A stretch of DNA of 64,000 bases, from positions 660-64,659 of the IMG/VR virus record IMGVR_UViG_3300042296_000383. The stretch is one strand, 5' to 3'. Shown here in pieces: positions 43,894 through 53,994 of the stretch (the first letter of the stretch is position 1; every line of letters begins with the position of its first letter). The translations under genes and the position numbers were made by a program. The notes under the pieces are model-generated. The model made no database searches, was not told where the DNA came from, and saw only the letters and a list, made by a program, of their open reading frames with translations. This DNA comes from a virus (Duplodnaviria > Caudoviricetes).

Positions 43894-44820
43894 TTACTTC
43901 GCCAACCCCTGCAAGAGTTCCGCGTCCTTAGGACTAACGTTCAAGTATTCTAAAAGAGATAGCTCCTTCTCCATCTTGTTCTTACCCTTAGACTCCACGA
44001 TAGTTACCAGCTCTGCGCCGTTCTTAACTATCCAAAACCCTTCCTTGTCCTGCAAAAGCTCTGACTTAATCAAAGACTTCACGGTAGTAGATAGGCTCTG
44101 ACTGTCCTTGCTCGTGTTGGCCATAGCCTCCACGTTTGCGATGGAACGGTCTAGGCGCTCACGGAAGCCATTACGGTCTGCAATAGCCTGGTCGTATAGC
44201 TGAGTTCTGTCGTCGTCCTCAACACCGGTAGGTGTCATGGCAAGCAGGATCATCACGTTGTTTAGTTTAGATGAACTCATACGTGTATCCTCTACCAACA
44301 GTAACGACATGTACTTGTGCTGAACGCTCACGTTTGCAATTCGAGACTTAGCCTCGGCAGCCGGGATCAAGAAGTTAAACTTGCCAGCCGGGTTAGCCTT
44401 CACGTTATTTGTAAAGTTTGAGCTGTAAAAATATAGAGCCACCAGCTTCTCAAGATTTGCGACCGGGTCGATAGGCATGCCGTTAGAGACTGGGATGTGT
44501 CTAGCATTAAACACTGGATCGCCAGTCTTGCTGTATGTTGGCTGAGACTCGGTGTACATCCACTGGTGCATCATGCTGTCCTCTCCAAGGAAACGACCAG
44601 ATGATTTCAAGTATGTAGGCAGTGTCTGGATAGGTCTGTTACCAAGCGGAACGTCGGTCACGCCAGCTCTAAACGTTGTAACAGAACCAAGTCCTGCCTT
44701 GTTCAAATGAATAATAATTGGCGCTCGATTTTTACCTGTGAACGAGTTTGGGAAAATTTCTTTTAAGACTTCCAACTCCTTAGAGAAGTCGGTCTGTCTC
44801 TTTCCGTCGATGTATAGCAT
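43894..44820 (-). CDS. Hypothetical protein downstream of the capsid gene
   Basis: ORF with its own promoter element (44841-44848) and downstream hairpin. Confidence 0.7.
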   Translation of the reverse strand: MLYIDGKRQTDFSKELEVLKEIFPNSFTGKNRAPIIIHLNKAGLGSVTTFRAGVTDVPLGNRPIQTLPTYLKSSGRFLGEDSMMHQWMYTESQPTYSKTGDPVFNARHIPVSNGMPIDPVANLEKLVALYFYSSNFTNNVKANPAGKFNFLIPAAEAKSRIANVSVQHKYMSLLLVEDTRMSSSKLNNVMILLAMTPTGVEDDDRTQLYDQAIADRNGFRERLDRSIANVEAMANTSKDSQSLSTTVKSLIKSELLQDKEGFWIVKNGAELVTIVESKGKNKMEKELSLLEYLNVSPKDAELLQGLAK

Positions 44821-44852
44821 TGTGTATAATATTTATAAGGCAAATATAAAAC

Positions 44853-44883
44853 AAAAAAAAGGACAACCGAGGCTGTCCTTTTA
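44853..44883 (-). terminator. Terminator after the major capsid gene
   Basis: AAAAGGACA...TGTCCTTTT hairpin followed by a long T run on the - strand. Confidence 0.7.
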
Positions 44884-44904
44884 AAATATAATTCCTTTTT
44901 ATGA

Positions 44905-46314
44905 TTACAAAGACGAGTCGAACATGTAACCACACTGCTTCAATGAGAAGAAGTCTAGTCCAAAGTGAGACAAGTAGTGAGTAAGACGGTTGTCGATGTC
45001 GTTCGTTGGAACAGGCGCGTTAGCTCCAGTCTCCCAAATCTTCAACATACGATCCTGTCCGTTGTCACCGTTCACACCGTAAGCAAGCTCCATGTGACGG
45101 CGGGTCATACCCTGTGCGTCAACACCTGAACCTGAAGGCATGAAGTATGCCGTGTTAGCAAACAAGTTACCAGACACACCACCTAGACCGAACACTTGTG
45201 GGTCGTAAGACAAGTCAAACGAGCGCAAGTTGAACACCATACCCTCCTTAACAACACACTCAAAGTCGAATGTTGCGTACATGCTCTCAACGTTCTCACC
45301 TGCACCGAAGATCATCTCAGCTGACTGACGACGAACCGCAGAGATGTTAGCGTTCTGGAACTCTGTAGCCAAAGCGTCCTGAAGTGGTCGGTTGATACCG
45401 CGACACAACCAACCCATAAAGTTGTTGTCAGGGTTGTTAGGCTTCAAAGCGTCGATCAACGCGTTCAAGTCCTCAATACCTACACCTGTGCCTGTAGTGT
45501 CAACGTTGACGCTGTTAGCTAGTGTAGAGAAACGGTCCATCATACCGTGAGTTGTCTGTGACACGCCTGATGCGTCAGACTCAATACCCAAGATAAGCTG
45601 TCCGATAGTAGACTTAAGGTGACGGAACTCAGCCTGCGTGCGCTGAACACCACCCCAGTTACCTACGAAGTTTCCGTTCTCGTCAGTCTCAGGGAATAGC
45701 TGGTCGATTGCCGCGTTACCTGTGATCAAGGCAGAAGTCTTCAAGGTCTGTAGCTTGAATGAGAACTTGTCCCATGAGCTAGACTTTGCGTTAGGCTGTC
45801 CGCTGTTCTCGTTGTATGCGTTTGAGTAGATAGCGTATCTCTTGCCAGCTGTTGGTGTAGTCCATGTAGTTCCTGTCAAAGACTCAGCCTCAACTGTAAC
45901 GTCACCAGATGATGGGATATCCACTCTGACAACCTGACCACGAGTGTTTGTCGCCATGTCCATGATAAGGTCACCTACTGTAACGTACACTGTACGTGTA
46001 GAACCAACGGTCTCAATCTGATCGTTAGCCACAGTGAATGTAAGAGTACTTAAAGCTGAAGAAGCATTTGCTTTAACTTCAACGTAAGTGTCGTAGAAGC
46101 TCTCCTCAAAGTGGAAACCGCCCGATGCGTTACGGATAGGACGTGTAGCTTGCATACGCTTCAAGAGCAACAAGTCGTCCATGAACTGACCGTACTGCTT
46201 GAATAGTTTTGTTTGAAAGTCTGGACGTACAAAGTCAGACACCGCAAGGATGCTCGACTGCTGATAGCCAGAGGTGTTAGGGGCCACCGAGTTCGGTGAA
46301 TATTCTAATGCCAT
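44905..46314 (-). CDS. Major capsid protein
   Basis: 469 aa, follows portal and scaffold-like genes, biased codon usage, strong terminator. Confidence 0.75.
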   Translation of the reverse strand: MALEYSPNSVAPNTSGYQQSSILAVSDFVRPDFQTKLFKQYGQFMDDLLLLKRMQATRPIRNASGGFHFEESFYDTYVEVKANASSALSTLTFTVANDQIETVGSTRTVYVTVGDLIMDMATNTRGQVVRVDIPSSGDVTVEAESLTGTTWTTPTAGKRYAIYSNAYNENSGQPNAKSSSWDKFSFKLQTLKTSALITGNAAIDQLFPETDENGNFVGNWGGVQRTQAEFRHLKSTIGQLILGIESDASGVSQTTHGMMDRFSTLANSVNVDTTGTGVGIEDLNALIDALKPNNPDNNFMGWLCRGINRPLQDALATEFQNANISAVRRQSAEMIFGAGENVESMYATFDFECVVKEGMVFNLRSFDLSYDPQVFGLGGVSGNLFANTAYFMPSGSGVDAQGMTRRHMELAYGVNGDNGQDRMLKIWETGANAPVPTNDIDNRLTHYLSHFGLDFFSLKQCGYMFDSSL

Positions 46315-46341
46315 TTTTTTATAGTTTTAATTACTGGTTGG

Positions 46342-47496
46342 TTATTTATTCTGCTTCCAGCTCTCCATAGCCTGTTCTGCCGGGCTGATCACCTTTCCTT
46401 GTTGACTCGGTGCGGCTATTCTTCCATTTGTTATCGGGCCGAGATTGTGTTGTTCTCGCACAATTTGTTCTCTTATCTTGCCCTCAGCTGCCTTTACAGA
46501 CTCGCGGATAATGTCGCCCATCTTTGCCAACCGCAAATTGGTCTCTACCGCCTGTCGTACAGCCACCATCCCTTCATCATCCGGGTTGGCATAGTTGAAT
46601 ATTCCAACGTCCATCAGGTTTTTAAGCTCACGTCCGACCTCGTCGTTGCTAACCGCAACACTAACCTCGACCGAACCAACGCCTTCAATACCTGTGTCAA
46701 CAACTGTGCTAATCGCCTTTATAGGGGTGCCTATTGTTGGGACTAAAGCGTCCCATTTCGCCTGGCGCTCCGCATAATTTTGCTCTTGAGCCTTCGCTTG
46801 TTGTTGCAAATTTACAAAATAATTGTCATTTGATACATACTCCCCACGTTTTTTTCCGATAGACTCCAACGCGGTGGTCGCGTCTATCTTGAGTAGTGCA
46901 GGGAACTTAGTGTCCTCGTCAATGTAGTTGAGGTCCACGTTGTACTTCTGGGCAACACCCTCCATCAACTCGTCAAGACCAACCGTTGAAAGTTTTGGGT
47001 TGGCAAGCAACATATCAATAGCTATTGCCTTGATAGGGTTCTTGGTCAAGTCCTCGTCCGTGGTGTTGATGACGGTGGTCGCAAGGTTAAAGTCGTTGAT
47101 GCCCGTAGCCTTGCTGAAGTTATTGATCTGTCTGATAGCGTCGTTAGCGAACGGGTCCTTGACCATGTTCAGCACCTTCATCTCTTCCTGAACTTGGCTG
47201 TACTGTGTGGCGATACCCTCAAGCTCGTTGAACCTGTTCATTCTCTGCTGCAAGTCGTCCTCTCCTGACAGCCCGAACTTTGCAAAGTCAAAAGACCCTG
47301 GGGTTGGTTCAGCCGCCGGAGTTGGTTCAGCCGCCGGTGCGAAATTGTCCGCTGGCGATGCATTCTGTGCCGCTGGCTCTTGAGCCGCTGGTGTAGGATT
47401 CTGTGCGCTGTATGCGGCGGCCATATCCTCTGCGCTGGCGCTAGGGTTGCTAGAGCTGTAGCTCATGGCAAACTCTGCTGGTACTTGTGTGTTCAT
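46342..47496 (-). CDS. Scaffold-like protein
   Basis: Low-complexity N-terminus (PAAEPT twice), helical; lies between portal and capsid. Confidence 0.6.
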   Translation of the reverse strand: MNTQVPAEFAMSYSSSNPSASAEDMAAAYSAQNPTPAAQEPAAQNASPADNFAPAAEPTPAAEPTPGSFDFAKFGLSGEDDLQQRMNRFNELEGIATQYSQVQEEMKVLNMVKDPFANDAIRQINNFSKATGINDFNLATTVINTTDEDLTKNPIKAIAIDMLLANPKLSTVGLDELMEGVAQKYNVDLNYIDEDTKFPALLKIDATTALESIGKKRGEYVSNDNYFVNLQQQAKAQEQNYAERQAKWDALVPTIGTPIKAISTVVDTGIEGVGSVEVSVAVSNDEVGRELKNLMDVGIFNYANPDDEGMVAVRQAVETNLRLAKMGDIIRESVKAAEGKIREQIVREQHNLGPITNGRIAAPSQQGKVISPAEQAMESWKQNK

Positions 47497-47511
47497 CTAT
47501 ACTTTGTTTGT

Positions 47512-49851
47512 TTATATTTTTCCTGTTATTTCTCTGCCCTGTGCCGCCTGAAGTTTCCCCTCAAGGGTCATCGTCTCAAGGTCGGCGAGCTTCTGTGCCT
47601 CAATCTCCGCAAGCTTAGCCTGTAGCTTGTCGGCGATCTCCTTGCTGTTCTCGTTAGTTCTTAACGACGATAGCATCTGCTCTACCTCCGCGCGGAATTG
47701 CTGTGCCGCCTGTGCAGACTTCGTGCTATTCTCCGCATTAATTGCAGACATACGCTCCTGATTCTGCTGTATCTTGTCGTCAGCTCTTTGCTCTGCAAGC
47801 GCCAGGTACCAAGCCGCCAGCTCGTCGTTCCCTTCCTCTAGGGTCTTCTCAACATACAGCGCGTCTGCGGTGTTGATACCCTTCATCCCGTTCCTTCCTG
47901 CGGCAAGGCTTGCCTCTATCAACGACATGATGTAAGCCTTACGCTGTGCGGTGGTTGTGGCTTTTAATTTGATACCGATCTGGTTAAGGCTAATATCCTT
48001 CAGGCTGCTGACAGCCTTGTAGTATATAGGTCCAAGGTAAGCCTCGTAGTAATTAGCGCAGGTCTTGTCGCCTGCAATATTCACACGAGCCTTCTGTATA
48101 ATCTTGCGTGCTGCCTTCTCTTTAATTCTTATGATAGCCTGTCTGATGTTGAATAGCGCGTTGTTCGTGCTATCAAGTTCCATCTGCCCGATACCCACGA
48201 GCTTCTCTGGTGAAGAGTTTGGCGACGCAGACGCGGTGTCTGTGATCCCAGCGATTCTCTTCATCTGACTCTCGACAAACATCTGGTAGTTGATCCACTC
48301 GTCGAGCTGTCTACCTACACCGTTCTCTAACTCCATCACGGCGTTAGCCCCGTTGTACTTCTGCCCAACCTCTAGTCGTGTGGCAAAGAACTGGTTACCC
48401 GTCTCTCTGCGGATACGTGCGATCTCTAGTGCGCTCACCTTGCCAAGTCCCAGGTCCATGTTGGCAAGGAGTCCCACGTCTATAGCGAGACCCTTTGGTG
48501 CGGCAGCTAGTATAGCCGCGCGTAACTTTAGTGTGGCGATCTGCTGGTCGTCAAGTAAGCTCTGCCATCTCTCGACAACAGACTTGCCCGCGATCCTCTC
48601 GCTGAAGTAAGACAGCGCGCAGGTGCCGTCAGCGTTCTTGATCATGTTGGTCTGGAGTCCGTAGTCGTAAGCGTAGTTAGAGCCTATAATCCAGCAACCC
48701 TCGTATATGTTCTGTTGGTAGACCTTGTCTGTCTTGCGCTCCCTTCCGTCGGCGTACTGCTTCTTTGGTCGGTCCTCCTTCTTGTAGACGTAGTTTCCGT
48801 TGCCTGCCCTTCTGCCGATGTAGAAGTTGACGTCGTCGGTCTTGTACTCAAAGTCGAGCACGTCCACCAAGAAGTCATACCATGTGTACCTCTGAGTCAC
48901 AGGGTCCTTAGACGTCCACGCGTAGTTCGTGGGATCGCTCACGTTGTTAGACGTGCTGTACATTCTAGCCAGGCCCTCTAACTGTTTAGTCGTCAGGTTA
49001 GGTAACTTCTCCTTGAGCACGTGGATAGGGACACGCTTTATGTATCCGGCAAACGGAGGCTCAGCCTCGGGGTTGTCGTCGTCCCATACCGTTATGTACA
49101 TGGCCGGGTTGATGTACTTGACACCAACGCTCCCGTCTCTTCTAGTCTCTATCTTGCCACAAATAAACGAGGTCTGCAGTGCAGAGTCGATCATCTTATC
49201 ACGAACCTTGTCCCAGTCGCTCACGTTAAATCCGTGCTCCGCGATCATGGACAGTGACATCTCTATCGGAAGTCTTATACCGTGATACTTCTCGTACAGC
49301 TCAGCCTCAGCCTTTGACTGTGGCTCCCAGTCTGGTTTTGTAAATGGTATGCCAAGCTCTTCCTTTAGGGGGTTGACAATCTTGGCGTCGATGTACATCT
49401 TCCACTTGATCTTGTCCTTAAGGTAGTTGTCAGCCTTCGATGTTGAGGACACCACGACCTTGTAGTCGCTCTGCGTGAGCAGACCCTTTATCACACTGAT
49501 AAGTAATGGGGCAGAACTCACGATACTGTTCTGGTCGAACCCGATGTTGTTGTATCCCTTACGGGTGTTCTCGTTGTAGCTGTCGTGCCCCGAAGAGTTC
49601 GGCTTGGATATCTCGCCACGGTACAACTTCTTGTACTTGAGTGTGCTCTGTCTACCCTCTGAGTAGCTCTTGAGCATATTAAAATAACCAAGGTTACCAT
49701 ACACGGTACCTCCTGATCCGTATGGGATCGGGGCTGAGTACCAACGCCCGTAAATTGCCTGAGCTGCTGAGACTCCCCACGCCGTGTCCTTCTTGTCGTC
49801 GGATGGGAGTGAGTCTGCTGGGAATGGTGAAATCTTTCCGGTAGGTATCAT
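47512..49851 (-). CDS. Portal protein
   Basis: 779 aa after TerL; FP...K N-terminus, G.Q...KY, coiled-coil C-terminus as in crAss-like portals. Confidence 0.8.
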   Translation of the reverse strand: MIPTGKISPFPADSLPSDDKKDTAWGVSAAQAIYGRWYSAPIPYGSGGTVYGNLGYFNMLKSYSEGRQSTLKYKKLYRGEISKPNSSGHDSYNENTRKGYNNIGFDQNSIVSSAPLLISVIKGLLTQSDYKVVVSSTSKADNYLKDKIKWKMYIDAKIVNPLKEELGIPFTKPDWEPQSKAEAELYEKYHGIRLPIEMSLSMIAEHGFNVSDWDKVRDKMIDSALQTSFICGKIETRRDGSVGVKYINPAMYITVWDDDNPEAEPPFAGYIKRVPIHVLKEKLPNLTTKQLEGLARMYSTSNNVSDPTNYAWTSKDPVTQRYTWYDFLVDVLDFEYKTDDVNFYIGRRAGNGNYVYKKEDRPKKQYADGRERKTDKVYQQNIYEGCWIIGSNYAYDYGLQTNMIKNADGTCALSYFSERIAGKSVVERWQSLLDDQQIATLKLRAAILAAAPKGLAIDVGLLANMDLGLGKVSALEIARIRRETGNQFFATRLEVGQKYNGANAVMELENGVGRQLDEWINYQMFVESQMKRIAGITDTASASPNSSPEKLVGIGQMELDSTNNALFNIRQAIIRIKEKAARKIIQKARVNIAGDKTCANYYEAYLGPIYYKAVSSLKDISLNQIGIKLKATTTAQRKAYIMSLIEASLAAGRNGMKGINTADALYVEKTLEEGNDELAAWYLALAEQRADDKIQQNQERMSAINAENSTKSAQAAQQFRAEVEQMLSSLRTNENSKEIADKLQAKLAEIEAQKLADLETMTLEGKLQAAQGREITGKI

Positions 49852-49929
49852 GTATATGCGATTACGGCAAAATTACTATAATTTGTTTTAAAGATACAAA
49901 ATTAGTTAATTTTATCTACACAAGGCATA

Positions 49930-50020
49930 AATACAAAAGACCCCTCACGTTAGAGGGGTCTAATTGCTTAACTAATTTAAAACTGAACCAAACATGAAAA
50001 CTCAATATCTTTCTTTTCTG
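49930..50020 (-). ncRNA. Candidate sRNA 2
   Basis: TATATTTG at 50024-50031, U-rich body, terminator GACCCCTC-taacgt-GAGGGGTC-TTTT. Confidence 0.5.
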
Positions 50021-50065
50021 TGACAAATATATGCAGTATCCTGCAAAACAATAACACAAAAAAAG

Positions 50066-52456
50066 TTAATCGTACATCTCGATGACGTCCGAGAAGTCTG
50101 TGGTGGTGTTGTCCTTCCTTATCATGTCAGGGTACGCGCTCTCCGCACCAAGCAGCGCCATGCCACAAGCCGCGAACAAGTCGAGGTCGGTCATGTCGCT
50201 GAAGCTCTGTGCACTCTCGATCTCCTCTAAGAGTTCAAGGTGACGGGCGCGGTGCCCCACGTTCTTCACGTAGTCGCCGAACTTGGCGAATATCTTTTCC
50301 TGGACGTTGGTGCCTGTCCGCACCCCAGGTATAGGGTCGATCTTCCCTGTGGTCGGGTCGATCATGTGCATGAGGTAACCCTCTGCGTGGTGGTCACGGA
50401 AGTATTTGATCACGTGCGACACGTTACGCTCGGTGTTAACCATCGAACCAAAGTACACGGCAGCGAGGAGCATGTCGTCGCAGTACTCGTCGGTGGTGTC
50501 CACCCTGTTGCTGTATGTCATAACAAAGTCTCCGGTCACGTGCTCGATCGGGTTCTTGTCCTGCCCGTCCACGAGCGGGTCGTTCTTCATGTACATGCCG
50601 CCACCTCCGTTAGACTTCTTCTTCCCGCTGACGTCCTTGGTGTCATAGCTGAACGGGTCACAACCCAGTATGTAACGGCCGATAATGTCGGGGTTAGGTC
50701 TGTAGGTCTGCGCGCGGTCGTCGTATATAAACCTGTTGGTGGTCTCGGGTATAGGGCGCAGGCTTATAACCCACCTGCCCGGTTTTGCTGGGGTGGCGTC
50801 GACCATCCTCACCGTACTCCACGGCCCGTCCACCCACTCCAAATTAACCTCCTTGGTAAGCTTGTCGCCGAACTTGTGGGCGCTGATCCTGTTCTTGAGG
50901 ATCGACATGTCCCAGTAGTTAGACCGGTTAGCCCTACGGCCAGCCTCTCGTAACGTCCACGGGTTGTTCCTTATCTCGTTGTTCAGCGAGTTCCAGTCCT
51001 TCATCTCCTCGTAAAAAGATCTTGTCTTCTTGAGCGTGGACTTGGCCCCGTCCTCCTTCATCACACCCTCAAGGTTGACGAACGGGGCGTCGGGGTCTTC
51101 TATGATAGACTCGCCGTAGCGGTCGACATACCCGTCGTACCCGTCGTATGCAGGGATGAACAGGGTAACCATGCCCGATGCTGTGATTCCGTTGTCGTTT
51201 CTTTTGTGTGAGTATGACTTCACGCACAGCTCAAAGTACTCCCTACCACCGCCACTCTCGAACTCTCCGAAGGTTGATGTGTACAGGGCAAAGCCGTGTA
51301 TGTTCTGTCCCTGCGCGAGCGAGTTCTTTATCGTGTCGGTGAACTCGTGGAAGACGTTCCCGTTCACCTTCTTTCCGGACTCGTCGTTCAGGTAAGCGTG
51401 CAGCTTGTTACCGTCGAACGCCTTGTTGGCCGACGATCGTGGACGTATCCACCCGCCGTGCTCCACGGTGTCCCCGGAGAAGTTTACGCTTGAACGCTTT
51501 GTGAACACCAGCGCGTTAGTGTCTGCCGTCGACGCGCAAGGTTTAAGGAACCACGGGTAGTGTCGCCACGAGGCGAGCACCTTCTTCTGGTACACGTCCT
51601 CTATGGCCGTGTCCTCCGTGAGCGCCTGTATCGCAAACGTGCCGAGCGAGTTATCCGTCGCTATCCTCATGCCCACGTGCGCGCCCATGAACGTGGCGCC
51701 GACACGTCGACGTTTAGGGAACACCACGCCGAACACGGTGCGATAGCCCATGTCCACGTAGTAGCCCTCGTCGTCAATGAAGTAGGAATCTATAGCCTCT
51801 GACCGTACAAACTGTGCGGCTGTCGACTTGTTGTTGAAGTATTTCTGGCGGACGTTGTTGTTCTTCCTGTAAGTCAAGACGTACTTGAACTTTGCCCAAG
51901 TCGTCGTGTAGGCCCAGCGGAAGAACAGGAATATCCTGCGGTCAACGTCACGGTAACCTGGGAGCCTGTCCCTGCGGTTGTCGTTATCGATCGGTGTGTA
52001 GTTGAGGTATGTGTAGTGCCAGCCGTCTATGTAAGTGGGGCGCCCCTTGATGAAGCACCAGTAACCCTGCTTGGCCCTGTTGTTAGTCATCCTGATAAAG
52101 CTGATCTCCTCCTTGTAGAAGAGAGGGTCAGACTCCACCTCGTCGAAGAAGTCTTCGGGGTACAGCTTGTCCTTTGGCTTTATGTTTCTCTTGCGCCGTA
52201 CAATCTCCTCTATGCTCTTGAGCTTTGCCGGCAGCGCGAATAGCTTGCCGTCCCTGTACAGGTCAAAGGTCTGATCCTCTGGTGCCACGCCGTACCCGTC
52301 GATCTCCTTGATGGCCTCATCCCACGGCTTGCCGAAGAATGACTCGACCGTCGGTAGGTCCACGCGTATGGCGTTGTCTCCGCCCAGGTCAGGGTCTGAC
52401 TCGTTGTACAGGATAAACTCCTGCTCTCTCTTGTACTGGTCGTGGTACTCTGACAT
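50066..52456 (-). CDS. terL: Terminase large subunit (start MSEYHDQY)
   Basis: KRRRVGAT Walker A-like, YLNDESGK Walker B, TST, GCDP nuclease, terminal D.D. Confidence 0.9.
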   Translation of the reverse strand: MSEYHDQYKREQEFILYNESDPDLGGDNAIRVDLPTVESFFGKPWDEAIKEIDGYGVAPEDQTFDLYRDGKLFALPAKLKSIEEIVRRKRNIKPKDKLYPEDFFDEVESDPLFYKEEISFIRMTNNRAKQGYWCFIKGRPTYIDGWHYTYLNYTPIDNDNRRDRLPGYRDVDRRIFLFFRWAYTTTWAKFKYVLTYRKNNNVRQKYFNNKSTAAQFVRSEAIDSYFIDDEGYYVDMGYRTVFGVVFPKRRRVGATFMGAHVGMRIATDNSLGTFAIQALTEDTAIEDVYQKKVLASWRHYPWFLKPCASTADTNALVFTKRSSVNFSGDTVEHGGWIRPRSSANKAFDGNKLHAYLNDESGKKVNGNVFHEFTDTIKNSLAQGQNIHGFALYTSTFGEFESGGGREYFELCVKSYSHKRNDNGITASGMVTLFIPAYDGYDGYVDRYGESIIEDPDAPFVNLEGVMKEDGAKSTLKKTRSFYEEMKDWNSLNNEIRNNPWTLREAGRRANRSNYWDMSILKNRISAHKFGDKLTKEVNLEWVDGPWSTVRMVDATPAKPGRWVISLRPIPETTNRFIYDDRAQTYRPNPDIIGRYILGCDPFSYDTKDVSGKKKSNGGGGMYMKNDPLVDGQDKNPIEHVTGDFVMTYSNRVDTTDEYCDDMLLAAVYFGSMVNTERNVSHVIKYFRDHHAEGYLMHMIDPTTGKIDPIPGVRTGTNVQEKIFAKFGDYVKNVGHRARHLELLEEIESAQSFSDMTDLDLFAACGMALLGAESAYPDMIRKDNTTTDFSDVIEMYD

Positions 52457-53181
52457 TAGCTCTTTGATTCTGGGAACACCGAGCCTGCCTTGGCAAGACT
52501 TGGGGCTACCGATTTTATATCCATCATCACGATCTCCTCGGGCCTGATACCCAGGGAGGTGTGCGCCATGAACTCGTCGACGTCTGACTCTATAATCTTT
52601 GAGGTCTCGCTGTCCATGATCCTTGTCCTTGAGTCGCTGATCGCCTGCCTGAGAAGCTCTACCGTCTTCACCCTGTGGCTCTGCTTGAGCGGGTCCTCCG
52701 GCATCGGGGTGCCCAGAACCTCTTGCAAATCCTCCTGACTCTTGAGCATGATAGCCCAGTCGGCTGGCTGCTGTAGTGTGAGGAACGTTGACAGCTTGCG
52801 GAGTATCAGCCTGTTCTGGTTGAGCAGCAAATCCAAATACTTTGAAGGGTACTTGTTGTTCTCGTCCGTCTTCACCCCTAGCTCGTCCAGCACCCACGTC
52901 TTGCGCTTGCCTATCTGCGGGTACTTCTCTATGGCAGGGCTGTTCGCCGAGTACATCAGTATGATATACTTCATCACGAACTCGTTGTCCAGGTCGCCCA
53001 GGTCTACCGTTATAGTGCGCCTTACAGGCTTGCCCTTCTCGTCCTCCTCGGTCACGATGAACGGGTGCCTGGTGGCGTGGAATATGGGCACGGCGTTAAG
53101 GTCGGGGAAAGACTCCACGACACTCTCGGACTCGTCCAGCCTGTGGAAGGGGTACCTTATGTTTCCGTAATTCTTAGTCAT
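52456..53181 (-). CDS. Hypothetical protein upstream of TerL (possible small terminase)
   Basis: Stop overlaps the terL start. Confidence 0.6.
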   Translation of the reverse strand: MTKNYGNIRYPFHRLDESESVVESFPDLNAVPIFHATRHPFIVTEEDEKGKPVRRTITVDLGDLDNEFVMKYIILMYSANSPAIEKYPQIGKRKTWVLDELGVKTDENNKYPSKYLDLLLNQNRLILRKLSTFLTLQQPADWAIMLKSQEDLQEVLGTPMPEDPLKQSHRVKTVELLRQAISDSRTRIMDSETSKIIESDVDEFMAHTSLGIRPEEIVMMDIKSVAPSLAKAGSVFPESKS

Positions 53182-53863
53182 GTATTGCTGTTATGTCTGC
53201 AGATCGGAAGTACACGTACTCCTCCTCCAACTTCATGTTGTATCTGTCCTCTAGCTCCCCGACGGTACGGCCACCACCGAGCACCATCACCTGGTCGCCA
53301 GGCTCGCACCTGTTCACAAACCTTTCGTTGTTGTAGTGACCGCTGAATGACGGGGTGTGAACCACCTCGTACCTGTCCTTGACGGGGGCGCCAAGTGACG
53401 TGAAGCTGAGGTCAAGGAACGCGTGAGCTTTCGGCATGACCTTCTTGGCTATCACCCTGTCGTTGAGGGCAAGGGTGGTGTCGCTCCTTCTTCTCAATAG
53501 CAACTCCGCGTATGGTATCATGATCAGCCTGTCGCCCTCACACTCAAACATCGCCTCCTCCTTGCCGTTGTTTTTTAATATCTTTCCTATAGCGGACTGG
53601 CTCCACCACACCTCGTCACCGTCCTCGATCTCGTGGTCAGACTTGAAGGAGTAGTTGAGGTAGGGGATGTCTGTCTTTGCCGACGACTTGATTACCGTCC
53701 CGTGCCTTGCGGACATCTCTGCTATTGACGTTGTTGCGATAGTCTTAATTGCAATCTCGTGCCCGGAAAGGTTGACGCTCTCCGTTGTCAGCTCGGCTAT
53801 ACGCACAAGCACACGGCCCTCACGCATGACCATACGATCAAGTTGTTGTCTTGTAATTTGCAT
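53174..53863 (-). CDS. Tandem two-domain GroES-like protein
   Basis: GRVLVR...HGTVI...IEDGDEV, then NDRVIAK...EPGDQV...DITA. Confidence 0.6.
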   Translation of the reverse strand: MQITRQQLDRMVMREGRVLVRIAELTTESVNLSGHEIAIKTIATTSIAEMSARHGTVIKSSAKTDIPYLNYSFKSDHEIEDGDEVWWSQSAIGKILKNNGKEEAMFECEGDRLIMIPYAELLLRRRSDTTLALNDRVIAKKVMPKAHAFLDLSFTSLGAPVKDRYEVVHTPSFSGHYNNERFVNRCEPGDQVMVLGGGRTVGELEDRYNMKLEEEYVYFRSADITAIHD

Positions 53864-53879
53864 ACGGCAAATATATAAA

Positions 53880-53964
53880 AAAAACAAACCCCCTCACGTT
53901 AGAGGGGGCCTGTATAAACAAAACACAAAACACGTATAAGAATGCAAGGTGTTATGAACACCTT
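53880..53964 (-). ncRNA. Candidate sRNA 3
   Basis: TACTTTTG at 53968-53975, 5' hairpin, GU-rich body, terminator CCCCCTC-taacgt-GAGGGGG. Confidence 0.45.
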
Positions 53965-53994
53965 CTGCAAAAGTACATTACTATTGCGTATACC

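Noticed and set aside
52457-52897. N-terminal extension of TerL in the ORF track (943 aa)
   Set aside because: It is an alternate frame of the upstream gene; the likely start is the coupled ATG at 52456.
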